Below are positions 1-13,121 of a stretch of DNA of 64,000 nucleotides, one piece after another (position 1 is the first letter of the stretch; each line of letters starts with the position of its first letter). The notes under the pieces are model-generated. The model made no database searches. It saw nothing but the letters and a program-made list of their open reading frames with translations, and was not told where the DNA came from. Both the position numbers and the translations under genes were made by a program. Source of the DNA: Paraphysomonas bandaiensis (Eukaryota; Protista; Chrysophyceae); assembly GCA_965644295.1 (NCBI GenBank), contig CBFFRP010000400.1, positions 124,001-188,000 of the forward strand, written 5' to 3'.

Positions 1-23
1 ATTCACTTCATGAAGCACAAGTC

Positions 24-2987
24 ATGCTGGAGTTGCGAACATGCGTTAAGAATGATCAGTGGAGTAAAGTTGGAGAGTTATTGGACAAGTATTCGGATCA
101 GTTCTATAAGTTCGAATTCGGGCTGGACGAAGTTCGGCATATCCAATTCGCGTCGAAGTATCGAGTAATATCATCGTCGATATCTGAACTAGTAGCTGAC
201 GTATTGCCTGCTGGCAAGGATGAACAGTCAACGTTTGTTATTCTAAAAACGGATGCTTTGGAGCGGACACTACAATCCGCGGAAGCCATTTCGTTATATC
301 TTGATTCCCTAAGGCAGGCTGATACTGGTAGCTGTGAGTACGAAGAGGATTCATCCTTGAAGCAAAAAGGAGAGAATGCTGCTGTAAATAAAAGTAAGTT
401 TACAGAGCTGTGTGATGGCGCGAAGTGTGTACTGGAGTTGTGGAAAGCTATAAGAAATAAAGCATGGTGCGACGATAAAGTAGCGGCAGGTCAAGTGCAC
501 CATTTTCCGCGGCCTAAAGATCCGTTTTTGCATGTATTTTTCGAAAGTATTCGGCAGCATGAAGTCGCTCAAAGGCTCGGCGGAGTACATGATCAACTTC
601 AAGTTTTGAAAATTAACCCGGAAAAGAAAATAAGAAATATCAGGCAATCGATAAGGGCGTCAATTGCACTTCATGGGTTAGGACATTCCTTCACTGATAT
701 TATGCCCTCACCGACAAGTACAACTACCCCTACTCAGAAGAGGAGCAGGAGATCGAGTTTGTCAGTGGATGCCTCACCGTCGTCTCCTGGAATTAGCCCA
801 TTTCAGAAAAGCTATTCACAAGGCTATGACACTTCCCCTATAGTGTCCACTGATTCTCTGAAACAGTCACCTGGTAATTCGCAACCGTTTTCGTCCCCGC
901 AGTTTTCTCGCCGTCGCTCTATGGGGTCTTTTCTAGATACTTCACGTAAGAGCTCTACGGAAGAACCCGCGCAAAAAATATTGAATGTTGATGGACGAAT
1001 TATATCGGTAACGCACGCGCCTGTTGAGCACACACCTGGATTGGGTGTGGCGACTATTCTGTGTCAAACAGACTGGGCAACGCTTCCCCCTTTTGCTGTA
1101 AAGCAGTTTTCACAGGCCAGAAATATTTTAGTGGACAAAGTAACGAAGCTACGTTTGTCCTGGGGGTGCTCAGAAGGAGCTGCTGAAGAAGGGAAATATG
1201 GAAATATATCGCTAGCACACATTGACATTAAATTGCTGAATGTTTGCTTAGCTGATGTCCGTCGAATTAATTTTTACACTCACCAAATGATGGTTGATTT
1301 TAATTTTTCGAAGGATGTTCAAGCATATATCAAGGTGGCCAAAATTTTGTTGTCATTAAGAAAAGCAGTTATTGACAATAATGTTGATGGTCTAGTACAA
1401 GAGCTGAAAAATATGAATTATCTCGGATGTTCGCGTATGATAGACACGTCCTTAACTGAATTTCCTTGTGTCGAAAAAGAGTTGGATTTATTTGAAAGAT
1501 TTGCATTCGAATGTGTTGCAGAGAAAACAGTTAGAAATGCAGTTAACTTACTATCATCATTGGAGTATGTGAATTCGAGTATCACTCGGCATCAAAATTT
1601 ACTTGCACTCAAAAACCTTGACAAAGCGGTGAAACCGAAAGGCAAATCCACTCAGAATTATCAACATTGTGTGCGAGTTGGTAGCTTCCTTCATCAAGCC
1701 CTTACAGCATCAGTTATGTGCAATCATATTCGAGTTAAACGTTGTGAAGCAGATATTTTATCCTATTTGCATGAACCGGAAAGTCCTTTGGGTGATCTAG
1801 TTGTTACAGTTGGCAAAGTTTTGGTTATATTATTCAATAGTGCAGTAGTTAGAACTGAAACTCTTCAAGGTTCATCCCCTGGAATATCTGATGTTCATGA
1901 TTTTAGAGGTAATGATATCACATCTATAGTATCGGCGCGGCGTCGATCTGTTTTGGGCCAGCAAAAGAATGTTCCGTTAGCATCTACGTTTGGAGGATTT
2001 TCTGGAACTAAACACGACACGCCGCCCCGATTTGCGCAAACTGTAGCAGCTACTATGTTTTCTGATGTTCATAGTGAACACGATTCTGATATTTCCCAAT
2101 CAACCGGTGTAGAGAGTGTTGATGAAGATGTTATTCGGCAGCTGTTTTCTCTGCCCGACTCATTACTTGATTTAGTCGACGCTGCTGAAAGAGTTGAATC
2201 ATCAGTATCTGTTGATTTCGGGGGTGATTTTTATGCCGTACCACCAGCGATGATTGATCATATTTCCGTATTGACTCATGAGTGCAAAGAGCTGCATGCA
2301 GACCTGTTTGCTGGCAGACGCTATATTGAGCGTTATATTGTTGATCCTATGTGGACTTTGATTGGTGAGCTTGTTGTGTTAAGTACAAAATTGGTCGACA
2401 ATATAGCGATGAGAATGACTGAATGTGCTGTGCCGGGCTCTGATGATGGAATTTTTGCGTTACGTCGATTACTCGAAGAGCGATCCCTTATGCACCACAG
2501 TACATTTGAGTTTCTAAAGGAAGTGAGACGTGCCGCTGATTTCTCTCAGTGTAATATTCGTGTGCACGACATGTCCATATTTATAAGTATGCTATGCTTG
2601 AATATTCAGTGCAGTGAATGGAGACTTCGAAAGGATGGTCGCTCTGATGCAGTTGCAGAGTATATGTACAGCGAGAAGCGTATGGGAATGTACAATTCTC
2701 GCTATAATTCAGTGAATAATGGCCTGAATAGTATTCGTAGTATATTGACAGCTTTTAGGGAACTACTTACAAAAGGTTCTAATGAACAATCTGTGCGACG
2801 AACAAGTAAAAAGTTGTCGAGCCGTACCAGTGAGACGGAAAGCGTTCGAATGAGGTGTTTGTCACAATGCGATGGACTTTTGAGGCAAATGGACCAAAAT
2901 CCACTACACTTGAACATGGAAGCCTTACATAAGCAACAGAAAAATCTGAGAGCAGCTGTTTCGAGGAGAAAACGGCAGTTTGTATAG
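24..2987 (+). CDS. Large unknown protein, probably the 3' part of a gene starting left of the window
   Basis: 987-aa ORF whose frame stays open to the window edge; Ser/Pro-rich low-complexity middle; no motif recognised. Confidence 0.7.
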   Translation: MLELRTCVKNDQWSKVGELLDKYSDQFYKFEFGLDEVRHIQFASKYRVISSSISELVADVLPAGKDEQSTFVILKTDALERTLQSAEAISLYLDSLRQADTGSCEYEEDSSLKQKGENAAVNKSKFTELCDGAKCVLELWKAIRNKAWCDDKVAAGQVHHFPRPKDPFLHVFFESIRQHEVAQRLGGVHDQLQVLKINPEKKIRNIRQSIRASIALHGLGHSFTDIMPSPTSTTTPTQKRSRRSSLSVDASPSSPGISPFQKSYSQGYDTSPIVSTDSLKQSPGNSQPFSSPQFSRRRSMGSFLDTSRKSSTEEPAQKILNVDGRIISVTHAPVEHTPGLGVATILCQTDWATLPPFAVKQFSQARNILVDKVTKLRLSWGCSEGAAEEGKYGNISLAHIDIKLLNVCLADVRRINFYTHQMMVDFNFSKDVQAYIKVAKILLSLRKAVIDNNVDGLVQELKNMNYLGCSRMIDTSLTEFPCVEKELDLFERFAFECVAEKTVRNAVNLLSSLEYVNSSITRHQNLLALKNLDKAVKPKGKSTQNYQHCVRVGSFLHQALTASVMCNHIRVKRCEADILSYLHEPESPLGDLVVTVGKVLVILFNSAVVRTETLQGSSPGISDVHDFRGNDITSIVSARRRSVLGQQKNVPLASTFGGFSGTKHDTPPRFAQTVAATMFSDVHSEHDSDISQSTGVESVDEDVIRQLFSLPDSLLDLVDAAERVESSVSVDFGGDFYAVPPAMIDHISVLTHECKELHADLFAGRRYIERYIVDPMWTLIGELVVLSTKLVDNIAMRMTECAVPGSDDGIFALRRLLEERSLMHHSTFEFLKEVRRAADFSQCNIRVHDMSIFISMLCLNIQCSEWRLRKDGRSDAVAEYMYSEKRMGMYNSRYNSVNNGLNSIRSILTAFRELLTKGSNEQSVRRTSKKLSSRTSETESVRMRCLSQCDGLLRQMDQNPLHLNMEALHKQQKNLRAAVSRRKRQFV

Positions 2988-3999
2988 AGAACAGTGATAC
3001 TGATTATTTGGAGCAGCTGTAATATGTTTAGTTTTGCTACTATGACTACTTTTGGAATGTGTAACTATAAGTATAGTATATAGAAAAGGTTAATTCTCTG
3101 TTGCCTATAAAGCTTTGCGCAGTTAATTTTTTGTCGAGACCGTCTTGTCGAGTGTTCGATGGTGACAACCATAACAAGACCTCGTCTATAATTTATTTGT
3201 TGTGATCGGAGGTTCTTATATATAATGACGGCTAGGTTATTAACAGGTGGTGCTGCTTGACACGCGTTAAACACAGAATGGACATTGCAATTTCGCCTAC
3301 CCCAGCTCATCTCTTATTTAAGATTTAATACGCTCTGATATCATATAAATTCCTGATATTCGATATTTATTGTTAGTATAAGACATGTGCTAGCATATAG
3401 TTACAGAAGCTTTACACTATTGAACACGACAAGACGTTTTATTTTTTCACAGGATATTCTCCTACCTTGCGGCGTGCGATATGCAATAATAGATTTGCCA
3501 ACGGCTCCTACACCAGAAACATGACACCTGGTTCACCCAGAGTAATATTATCAACGATATGGAGCATTAACCGTGAACGTAATATGTAGACAACGTACAG
3601 TAACACAGAACTTAAGCTCATCGACTTTATGCATTTGTCAGCCACCAGGATTATGGTGAGCTTCTTAGTCCTTATAGAGAACGATGCAAGTATGAAAGCA
3701 AAACCCTGGCGGTAAGTCATAATCTGGGGTCGGATTGATGTACATGCCCCATTAATTTTTGCTTTTAGCAGTATGCAGTGGAGACATATAGTTGGTGAAC
3801 ATGCGTATAGAAAATAATGCTACTGGTGCTTCACAGGGGCTGTACTATATTACCTCATAAATGATATAAAAATTAAGCAAGCAGTAGGTTGCGAGGGTGC
3901 AATGATTGTGTATCACTGGGCATATGGTTCAATTTTCAGGTGTAACCTAACTATCGTGAATAAAAGATGCCGTCATGGGTGGCTGCACATTAAGATGAC

Positions 4000-6645
4000 A
4001 GTTTATGAGACCTTTCTCCTTGACAAGATCCAACAACGAGATCCAGCAACGAAAAGTTCAAGAAGTTCCACAAGCGTGTACATTTGAAAGCAAAAGGCTC
4101 CACGAACGACAGAGGACACACTTCAGTGCCAATTCTTAAGTATATAGTACCAACCTCACAACCTTTAAGCAGAAGTTGTCGGAAGTCACAATGCAGATGT
4201 ATGGAGACCTCCTACGGCTAGTGGAGCTAGACAAGTACTATGAGCAGCCTCCGACATTTCAATTGACGACCTAGCAAACTTTCAATACAGAAAGAGGAGG
4301 AAGAAGACTATGAGTCAGAATCCAAGGTAGAGAATGGAACTGAAGCTAAAAATCTGGCCACGGAGCAAATATTCAAGGGCAAGAAGCCAGGAAAACTTTT
4401 CAGAGATTAAAGGAAGAGCGCGGAGGTAGCGAATTCCAGAACGGTTACGATCACCAAATAGGAGAAGCGTTGCCCGGTGCGTATAGAGTCTCTTAAGTTG
4501 GGAGTGGTGGCAAGGCTATCAATGCCATCCTAGTATTCCAAGAAGAGGAGACTGTAGTCCGTGTTCAAAAAGTTCTGTCTAGGAGTGTTAAGGACCATCT
4601 ACGAAATGCTTACAGCATTGCTCATTTAGATTTGGCTATATGGACTTATCAGACTTATTGAGAATCGTTGCGAGAGAGACGCGAGTGTTCAATTGTGTGG
4701 GTTTCTACAACGAGCTGAGAGATGCTTTGAAGCACATCAGAATTATGGAATGGAAACACGTAAACTCAGCTACTTTTGAAACGTTCTACAATCAGCAATT
4801 GAAGCTGTTTCAAGCATTTAAGACCATAATATTGTTTATAATGTTGGATTCGGACAACAAGAAGTGGCGCCCGCGGGTTGATGATAAAGAATTCGGTGTA
4901 GTATGCCTTTTCAAAAACCTGAATGACGGAAGTTATGTGAAGTTCGTCCTGGGATGTATGCCTTCCAACAGATTTGATTCTGTGAATGAAGTTTTCGAAG
5001 TGTACTCAGCTATTCTGTTGGATCACTATCAAGTAACCATAGCATACAAGCAAATACCTTTTGAGTCGAACATGCAGTTTCAACAAAAGCATGACGACTA
5101 CATCAAAAGAAAGAGAGAGTTATTCAGCTAGCACAACTATAGCTCCAACTCTAGGAAGCCACAAACTAACCTACTTTTCTCTAGAGTTTCTCACATTTTG
5201 TAACTTTTGACGATATGAACGAAGAGCATGAGGAATTTAGTTACTGTGAGAATGAGTTAACTACGGAGGAGGAAGCTTGAGATACACCCAATGAGACTTG
5301 TGGAAAACTGCTCTTTCAGGTGCACGAGAGGACATTCAGTGGAGTCTGCGAAGGATGCTACACCAGAAGAGTTTAGTCCCATGCTAGATGAAAGCCCTGA
5401 TGTCATCAGAGAGTTGTCTGCGATGCACACCTCACGTGAAACTCAGAACAAGAGGAGTGAGAAGTACTGTAGTTTGAGGAAGGTAATGCATGGGAAATGT
5501 AACAAATCGCAATGCCCATACAATCAGAATTCTAAATGTCTCCAAGATACTGCTGTCGAAATGAGAGAAAAGATCAACGCATTCTTTCTAACGAAGGACG
5601 ACACAGCACAACAGGAGAAATCTCCCGCTATCTTGAGGAGAGAATGCTTCGGCGATTCTCGTCCTTGAGGTAAGGAGGAATGTGAGGGTGCGGACCTTGA
5701 TGAGTCTACAGTTAATGTTTGTGATGGAGAAGCTCTCTACTTCTGAACATGAAACTGAAGATTCTTCCATGGTTCGCACAGACAAGAATGAGGCTAAAAC
5801 CTGTGTGCCTGCTATCCTTCCTCTAAAAGCTTTCTTCAGCGCACACCGTAGAAAATTTAAAATGGAGGAATTAGTTATAATGTACGTCGCAAAAGATCGA
5901 ATCGAGAAGCTTCATGATAAATTAGAGCCAAGCCGTTTCTACAAAGTGAAGCATAGAGTGGTATTGGCCAACAGCAGAATAGTCCAAGATTTGAGCGAAG
6001 GTGTTCGACTAAACTTGATACTGACCGATCCAAAATCCCACACATATCAATACACGGGGGAATTCTTTGTTATAGACATGAAAACTAATGACATTATTTT
6101 GGGGTTGCCTGCGCTGACTGGAAAGTTATATCCTTTTATGTGTGCGGTTATGCGTGAGGCACATGATACTCAAATCGAGGGTATCTCTGATATTGAATAT
6201 TCGAATGTGTTGTCATCTCTGGTAGGGGACACGGTTGATTCTAATGACTGTGTACACCCGTGGACAAAAACAAGTGATAATATTTCCCCAGAGGATGAGG
6301 AACCGAGTTGCCTGTTCAATTCAAGGATGTGTTGACATTCTTAGGAAAGTCTCGAGAGGAATCCCTCCAAGACTATCATGAGCAGATGGAGACTCATGTC
6401 AGCGAGGAACTGAAAAGTGAAACTAATATTATGGAGTTGAAATCTACGAAGGCGGAGAAGGTGTTTGTGCCGGATGAATGAAGCGGAGTGAGAGGAGTTG
6501 ACCCTTTGAGTTTAAAAGGGAAAAGTACTCTCCCTGACAGGATGAAACCAAAGGCTAGGCCGATTAATCCTAAGCAATGGGAAGCTTCGGAAAAGGAGTT
6601 CAGAAGATTATGTGGCTATTTTTACAGAAAGAGTCTTTCTCCCTG
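4000..6645 (+). mobile_element. Degenerate Ty3/gypsy copy (gag, protease, start of RT), same family as 7791-15545
   Basis: ORF fragments 4640-5131, 5291-5668, 5682-6335 and 6488-6645 align with the minus-strand copy but carry stops, frameshifts and deletions. The copy breaks off at ...TCTCCCTG, where an LTR begins. Left boundary approximate. Confidence 0.9.
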
Positions 6646-7781
6646 TGTGACCACGTGGCATCTCGCGTGCCCTACTTACGTGGCTATAGTGCGTTACTAC
6701 AAGTGATACTTCAAGACTACAATGTTATGCTTGGAGGCGCAGAGCGCGACTAACTATAAATAACGCATTCATCAGCAGACAACAAATAATCACTCATATT
6801 ATTATTATTCATAGCCAAACACAGAAGTAAAGAACTCGTTCCACGATGACTAAAGCCTCAAGCTTCTCTCATACCTGAACCAGTACTCGGACTGCAGCTC
6901 TTCAGCAATGAAGAGGACTCCTAGCATGGCAACCCAGCCTCAGCGACCAGTATGTCAGAGACAGGCCTTGCAGACCCTCACACCCGTATCGGAAGAATTG
7001 CACAGACCCTGCATACACTGGTCACGGGTAGAAGGTGCATCCAGAGACTATTACCTCCATTTGTGGGTATACGTGTACCACTTGATGGTCTTCATAAGGC
7101 TAATATGTACTCAATGGAGCACAATGCACAACAGGGTCCACAGTACACCGTTTGTCGCTCGTTAGTGAAGCTCCTTGCACCTAAGGTACTGGACTTGCAT
7201 GCTGAATGCAAAGTAACGAGAAGTTCCCACTTATCATGAGCTTATATGGCTCCTCTGTTGCACGTTTAAATATCTGGAGTGTGTTGTCTTACATATGAAA
7301 ATGTACGTTAGCTAGTATTTTCCAAGTACAATTGTAGTTATGAGGAATGCAACACGATATACATTATACAGTGTTGTACAACCGTATTTGATAGAGTCGT
7401 TGACATGACTGTATATTGTTATACTGCTTGTATGACACAGCCTGCGTTGTGGTTGTGTGTTGCAACACAGTGTGACATGGATGACGTTGTGTGTGTGCAG
7501 CTCTACGGTTGTCTTCATACTTTATGTTTCTGTTGTGACTCAGTTATTGTTTATGTTAACCTTACTTGGGTACTAGCGACCTGACATCACTAGCGGTGGT
7601 GTTTGCGTGCTGATTCTTCGCGGGAGTCAGTCACTCGAGTATAGTTGATTAAAACAAAAGTTTACCTGTAAAAATATCACTTCTTTGGTCTCATTTTCTT
7701 GATTCCTATACAGTGATAGTAGTTTTAGCGTTATCACGAGCCATAGTCTTGGTTATCAAACCAAACTGTGAGGTGACAGTT
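6646..7781 (+). repeat. Gypsy LTR, plus orientation, lacking its last ~26 nt
   Basis: Starts TGTGACCACG; reverse complement of 7817-8954 with a few substitutions and small indels. Confidence 0.9.
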
Positions 7782-7790
7782 ATTAATTAC

Positions 7791-8954
7791 TATGACGCAG
7801 CCTCGTTTGACAACTCAACTGTCACCTCACAGTTTGGTTTGATAACCAAGACTATGGCTCGTGATAACGCTAAAACTACTATCACTGTATAGGAATCAAG
7901 AAAATGAGACCAAAGAAGTGATATTATTACAGGTAAACTTATGTTTCAATCAACTATACTCGAGTGACTGACTCCCGCGAAGAATCAGCACGCAAACACC
8001 ACCGCTAGTGATGTCAGGTCGCTAGTACCCAAGTAAGGTTAACGGATGACGTTGTGTGTGTGCAGCTCTGCGGTTGTTTTCATACTTTATGTTTCTGTTG
8101 TGACTCAGTTATTGTTTATGGTCACACTGTGTTGCAACACACAACCACAACGCAGGCTGTGTCATACAAGCAGTATAACAATATACAGTCATGTCAACGA
8201 CTCTATCAAATACGGTTGTACAACACTGTATAATGTATATCGTGTTGCATTCCTCATAACTACAATTGTACTTGGAAAATACTAGCTATCGTACATTTTC
8301 ATATGTAAGACAACACACTCCAGATATTTAAACATGCAACAGAGGAGCCATCATATAAGCTCATGATATGTGGGAACTTCTCGTTGCTTTGCATTCAGCA
8401 TGCAAGTCCAGTACCTTAGGTGCAAGGAGCTTCACTAACGAGCGACAAACGGTGTACTGTGGACCCTGTTGTGCATTGTGCTCCATTGAGTACATATTAG
8501 CCTTATGAAGACCATCAAGTGGTACACGTATACCCACAAATGGAGGTAATAGTCTCTGGATGCACCTTCTACCCGTGACCAGTGTATGCAGGGTCTGTGC
8601 AATTCTTCCGATACGGGTGTGAGGGTCTGCAAGGCCTGTCTCTGACATACTGGTCGCTGAGGCTGGGTTGCCATGCTAGGAGTCCTCTTCATTGCTGAAG
8701 AGCTGCAGTCCGAGTACTGGTTCAGGTATGAGAGAAGCTTGAGGCTTTAGTCATCGTGGAACGAGTTCTTTACTTCTGTGTTTGGCTATGAATAATAATA
8801 ATATGAGTGATTATTTGTTGTCTGCTGATGAATGCGTTATTTATAGTTAGTCGCGCTCTGCGCCTCCAAGCATAACATTGTAGTCTTGAAGTATCACTTG
8901 TAGTAACGCACTATAGCCACGTAAGTAGGGCACGCGAGATGCCACGTGGTCACA
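7791..8954 (-). repeat. 3' LTR (~1164 bp) of the minus-strand gypsy element
   Basis: Follows the polypurine tract directly. Ends are TGTGAC...GTCATA, and the copy at 22914 shares the same distal end. Confidence 0.85.
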
Positions 8955-8973
8955 TTGCCCCCTCCCCTCTTTG
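8955..8973 (-). promoter_or_regulatory. Polypurine tract of the gypsy element
   Basis: The minus strand reads AAAGAGGGGAGGGGGCAA immediately before the LTR TG, downstream of the integrase stop. Confidence 0.85.
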
Positions 8974-9134
8974 GTTGAAATTTTTGGAAATAAAACGGAG
9001 TAAATCCCGATCCGGCGCCTACAGATGCCAACAGGACTAGGTTTGACGTAGCTATCAGAACGAAGACAATCCAGATAAACTCATGGGATATATAAATGAT
9101 CTTGAAGGAAGTAGTCAAAGCAGAGTGTGTAAGT

Positions 9135-12100
9135 CTAATAAGACTCACGGACTTGTGGAAATTGTCGGGCAAAATCCTCATCTACTAGTACCATATTGCT
9201 GGTATTCACCTCGGAATGAACGAAACAATGTACCAGGTAGTTGTCATAACGGTAGGTGCGGAGAGTGAGAAGATCTTTTACCGATAATACTCGCTTAGAG
9301 CTCTTGTGGTACCAGTGTGTGAACTGGATAGGAGCTACATAAGTAAGCAGATGAGAATCTGGTAGATCCAACTCATCATACCAAACATCGTCATAAATTC
9401 GCAAGTCGACATATGCGAGATCACCAGGTTGAAACTGAGTGATCGGTTGTTTACGAATGTCGGATATATATTTCTTAGCACCTTCAGTAGAATAAATAAG
9501 ATGGTATAGATATCTCTTGCTGGAGCAAAACTCAGCGTAGGGTATCGAGTCAAAAAGATCCTTGCTATAAGGCACTTCTCTAACATCACCATCTTGGAAA
9601 CGCACAGTAAAAGTCATAGTAGATCTCACGTCGCGATCACCTTTATAATAAAGGATTTTATCTATGACATGTTGTTCATGATCACGCAAGGCCATTTTGT
9701 ATGCTGTGTCACGATCTCCTGGAAATAATTTGACATCACTGACAGAAACGCGTACCATTTGGCCAGTCGCCAGATGCTGGCAGTCAACATCGTTTTTGTA
9801 TTGATGTTTGACTGTAAATGGTCCCATGTACCTGTGAGACATTTTTGGATGCACCTTAGCGCCCTTGTCGAACAATACAAAGTCGCCAGGTTGATATCTG
9901 TTTTGTCTGTCAGGATGAACACCCTCACTGGCTCTTTCGCTGGCCAGTTTTTGCTGATAGGCTTTGGAAGCCTCACGAAGTTTCGCTAATTGATCATTGA
10001 GAGCAGAAAGGCGAGCACGAGCCTTTTCTGGTAACTCTTTGATGTCCATGGTTAGATATTCGAGGTCATTGGAGCCAAATGTTAATTCGAAAGGAGAATA
10101 GCCTGTTTCTGATGAAACCTCCGAATTCAAAATATACTGGACATTGGCTATCCAGCTGGGATCCTCAAAAACGTCTCTGCGTTCTTCACGCTCACTGTTA
10201 TCGTAGACCAAAGCACGCAAGTGTCGCACAACCTCCCCAATAATGCGCTCACAACCGTTAGCGTGACGGTTAGCGATGCTGAAAGTGTGCCGGACACCCA
10301 TATATTCGGTCAACTGTTTGAATAGATCGGAAGTCAAGTCCGGTCCTTGATCCGAAATAATAAGATCTGTGTGTCCATAGTGAGTCCAGTATTTCCAAAC
10401 CGTATTGGCAAGATTAAGGGCCGTGACTCCCTTTACCGGTTCAAGGTATACTAACTTGGTGAAAAGATTAACCACCACATTGATATGCGTATATCCATCC
10501 GCGCCATGCGGTGTAATCTCTACTGCATCAATGCCAATAGCGCTCCTAGCATTTGGCGGCTTGAGATTTCGAACGATAGGAATGAGAGCCTCTCGCATAG
10601 CTAATCTCGTTTTCACACAATTTGGACACTTGGAAATATAGTCCTCAACAACTTTATAAGGAATGTTATGACCAGGGAACTCCTTATTCAAACGTATCCA
10701 TGTAGCTCTAACTCCCATGTGTCCTACTCGGGCGTTATGTACTTGGAGCAACGCTTCTTCAGGAGTAACTTGTGTCTCAGCCGGAGGTGCTATCTTTCGG
10801 TCCTCAGGTTCCATAAAATTTCCCAAGAAATTAAAAAACTCGTCCTCAGTGCAATCATCACCGAGAAAATAGACATCATCCAAGTCTTCATCTAAAACTA
10901 TGCCTGACAAGGCAGCTACTTGATGTTCCCGAGACAACCAATCCGCTAGCCAGTTCTTTGCTCTAGATATGTGGCGAATATTAAAGTTGAAAGATTGTAG
11001 GAAAATCCTCCACCTGGTTATCTTCGGTACCTCTGATGCCTCCATCCATAACAGATTATTATGGTCTGTTTCTATGGTGAACCGCTTTCCAATCAAATAG
11101 TAAGCTAATTGCTCGACACTATAGAAGATACCATAAGCCTCTTGCTCAATGGTCGCCCATTTCTGAGCCTGAGTGGAAAATTTTTTCGAAATAAAAGCTA
11201 TAGGTTGTAACTGTGTTTCCCCACTCGGAAATATCTTTTTCTGTAACAATACAGCGCCTACTCCCAACTCACTAGCATCGGTTCGTAAAGTCCATTCCAG
11301 CTCATAGTCTGGATAGAACAGCTCACATGAATCTTGAAGACCCTTGATGAAGCGACGGAATTCAGCTTCATAATCATGCCTCCAAGTACTTTTGTCCCAA
11401 TTAAAAGTCTTTTTGGTCATGTCAGTCAAATGAGCCACCAAATCGGAGTATTTTGGAGTAAAGCTGGAGAAAAATACACCCTTGCCTAAGAGAGATCTAG
11501 CCTGCTTGGTCGTGGTAGGCATCGGAATCTTTCCTAGTGCTTCTTTTTTCTCGGGGTTAACTTCATAGGACTTATGTCAGCAAACATATCCAAAGAAATC
11601 TACTTTTCTAAATCCCAACCAGCTCTTTGGCATTTTGAGTTTTACATTTCTTTCGATACATCGGTCAATAATCTATTCGAATTTTTCATAGGCGTCCTGA
11701 GCATCATGTGCAAGTATGAGCATATTATCAAAAATAACAATTGCCCATTCAGAAAAGTCACTGAATATGTCTCGCACTGTCTCTTGTAGAACACCTGTGG
11801 CAGGAGCAATGCCTTCTGGCATGAAGTTTGGAGCATATTGCCCCCAGGGTGTCTGGATAGACAACCTCTCTGAAGTCTCGTCTGCCAACGGAATCTGATG
11901 AAAAGCATTTGTCAGGTCTATGTCCATGTACAGTGGAAAGTTGATCTTGTCAAGCTCATGCTTGACATTGGGAATAGTGTAGTTCCCTACCTCCATAATA
12001 TGCTTGTTAATTTGCACGTAATTACCACAAAAACGTATGTATGGAGGAGTGGCTTTTGGAGCTACCACTAGGCAAGATGCCCAGGGAGAACGACTTTTTC

Positions 12101-13100
12101 TGTAGAAATAGCCACACAATCGTCGAAATTCCTTCTCCGAAGCCTCCCACAGCTTTGGATTAATCGGCCTGGCCTTTGGTTTCATCCTGTCTGGGAGAGT
12201 ACTTTTCCATTTCAGAGACAAAGGCTCCACACCTCTCACACCGCTCCACTCGTCTAGCACGAACACTTTTTCCGCTTTAGTTGTTAACAATTCCATGATG
12301 TTAGTCTCACTCTTCAACTCTTCACTAACGTGAGTTTTAATCTGCTCATGATAGTCTTGGAGAGCTTCTTCTCAAGACTTTCCTAAGAATGTCAACGCAT
12401 CCTTAAATTGGACCGGTAACTCGGTTTCATCATCCTCTGGGGCGGTATCCTCACTAGCTTTCCTCCACGGGTGCACACGGTCATCAGGATCAACCGTGTC
12501 CCCTACCAGAGATGACAACACATTCAAATTTTCACTATCAGAGACATCTTCGATTTGAGTCTCATGTGCCTCACGCATAACCGCACACAAAAGGATACAA
12601 CTTTCCAGTCAGCGCAGGCAATCCCAAAATAATATCATTGGTTTTCATGTCTATGACCAAGAATTCTCCAGTGTATTGATAAGTGTGGGACTTAGGATCA
12701 GTCAATACCAAATTCAGTCGAACTCCTTCAGTCAAATCTTGGACTGTCCTGCTGTTGGCCAATACCACTCTGTGCTTCACTTTTTGTAGAAACGGCTTGG
12801 CTGAAGTTTATCACGAAGTTTCTCAATTAAATCTTTTGCGACATAGTTTGCCACAAGTGCCCCCGTGTCACACAATACATTGACTAATTCCTCCATTTTA
12901 AATTTTCTATCTATCACTACTCTACCTACGGTATGTGCTGAGGAAAAACTTTTAGAGGAAGGATAGCAGGCGTACAGCTTTGCCTCATCCTTGTCTGTGC
13001 GAACCATGGAAGAATCTTTAGTCTCATGTTTAGAGTTAGAGAGCTTCATACAATCAGCCTCTCCATTACAAACATTAACTGTAGACTCATCCAGGTCCAC
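9135..13100 (-). pseudogene. Gypsy pol (protease-RT-RNase H-integrase-chromo-like), frameshifted
   Basis: ORF pieces 12777-13100, 12571-12780, 12372-12590, 11673-12317 and 9135-11522 carry the canonical motifs in order. Confidence 0.92.
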
Positions 13101-13121
13101 ACCCTCACATCCCTCCTTACC

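Noticed and set aside
6908-8692. Mirrored 68-95 aa ORFs inside the LTRs
   Set aside because: They are duplicated only because the LTR is duplicated; the longer ones are not preserved in the third LTR, and no motifs are present.
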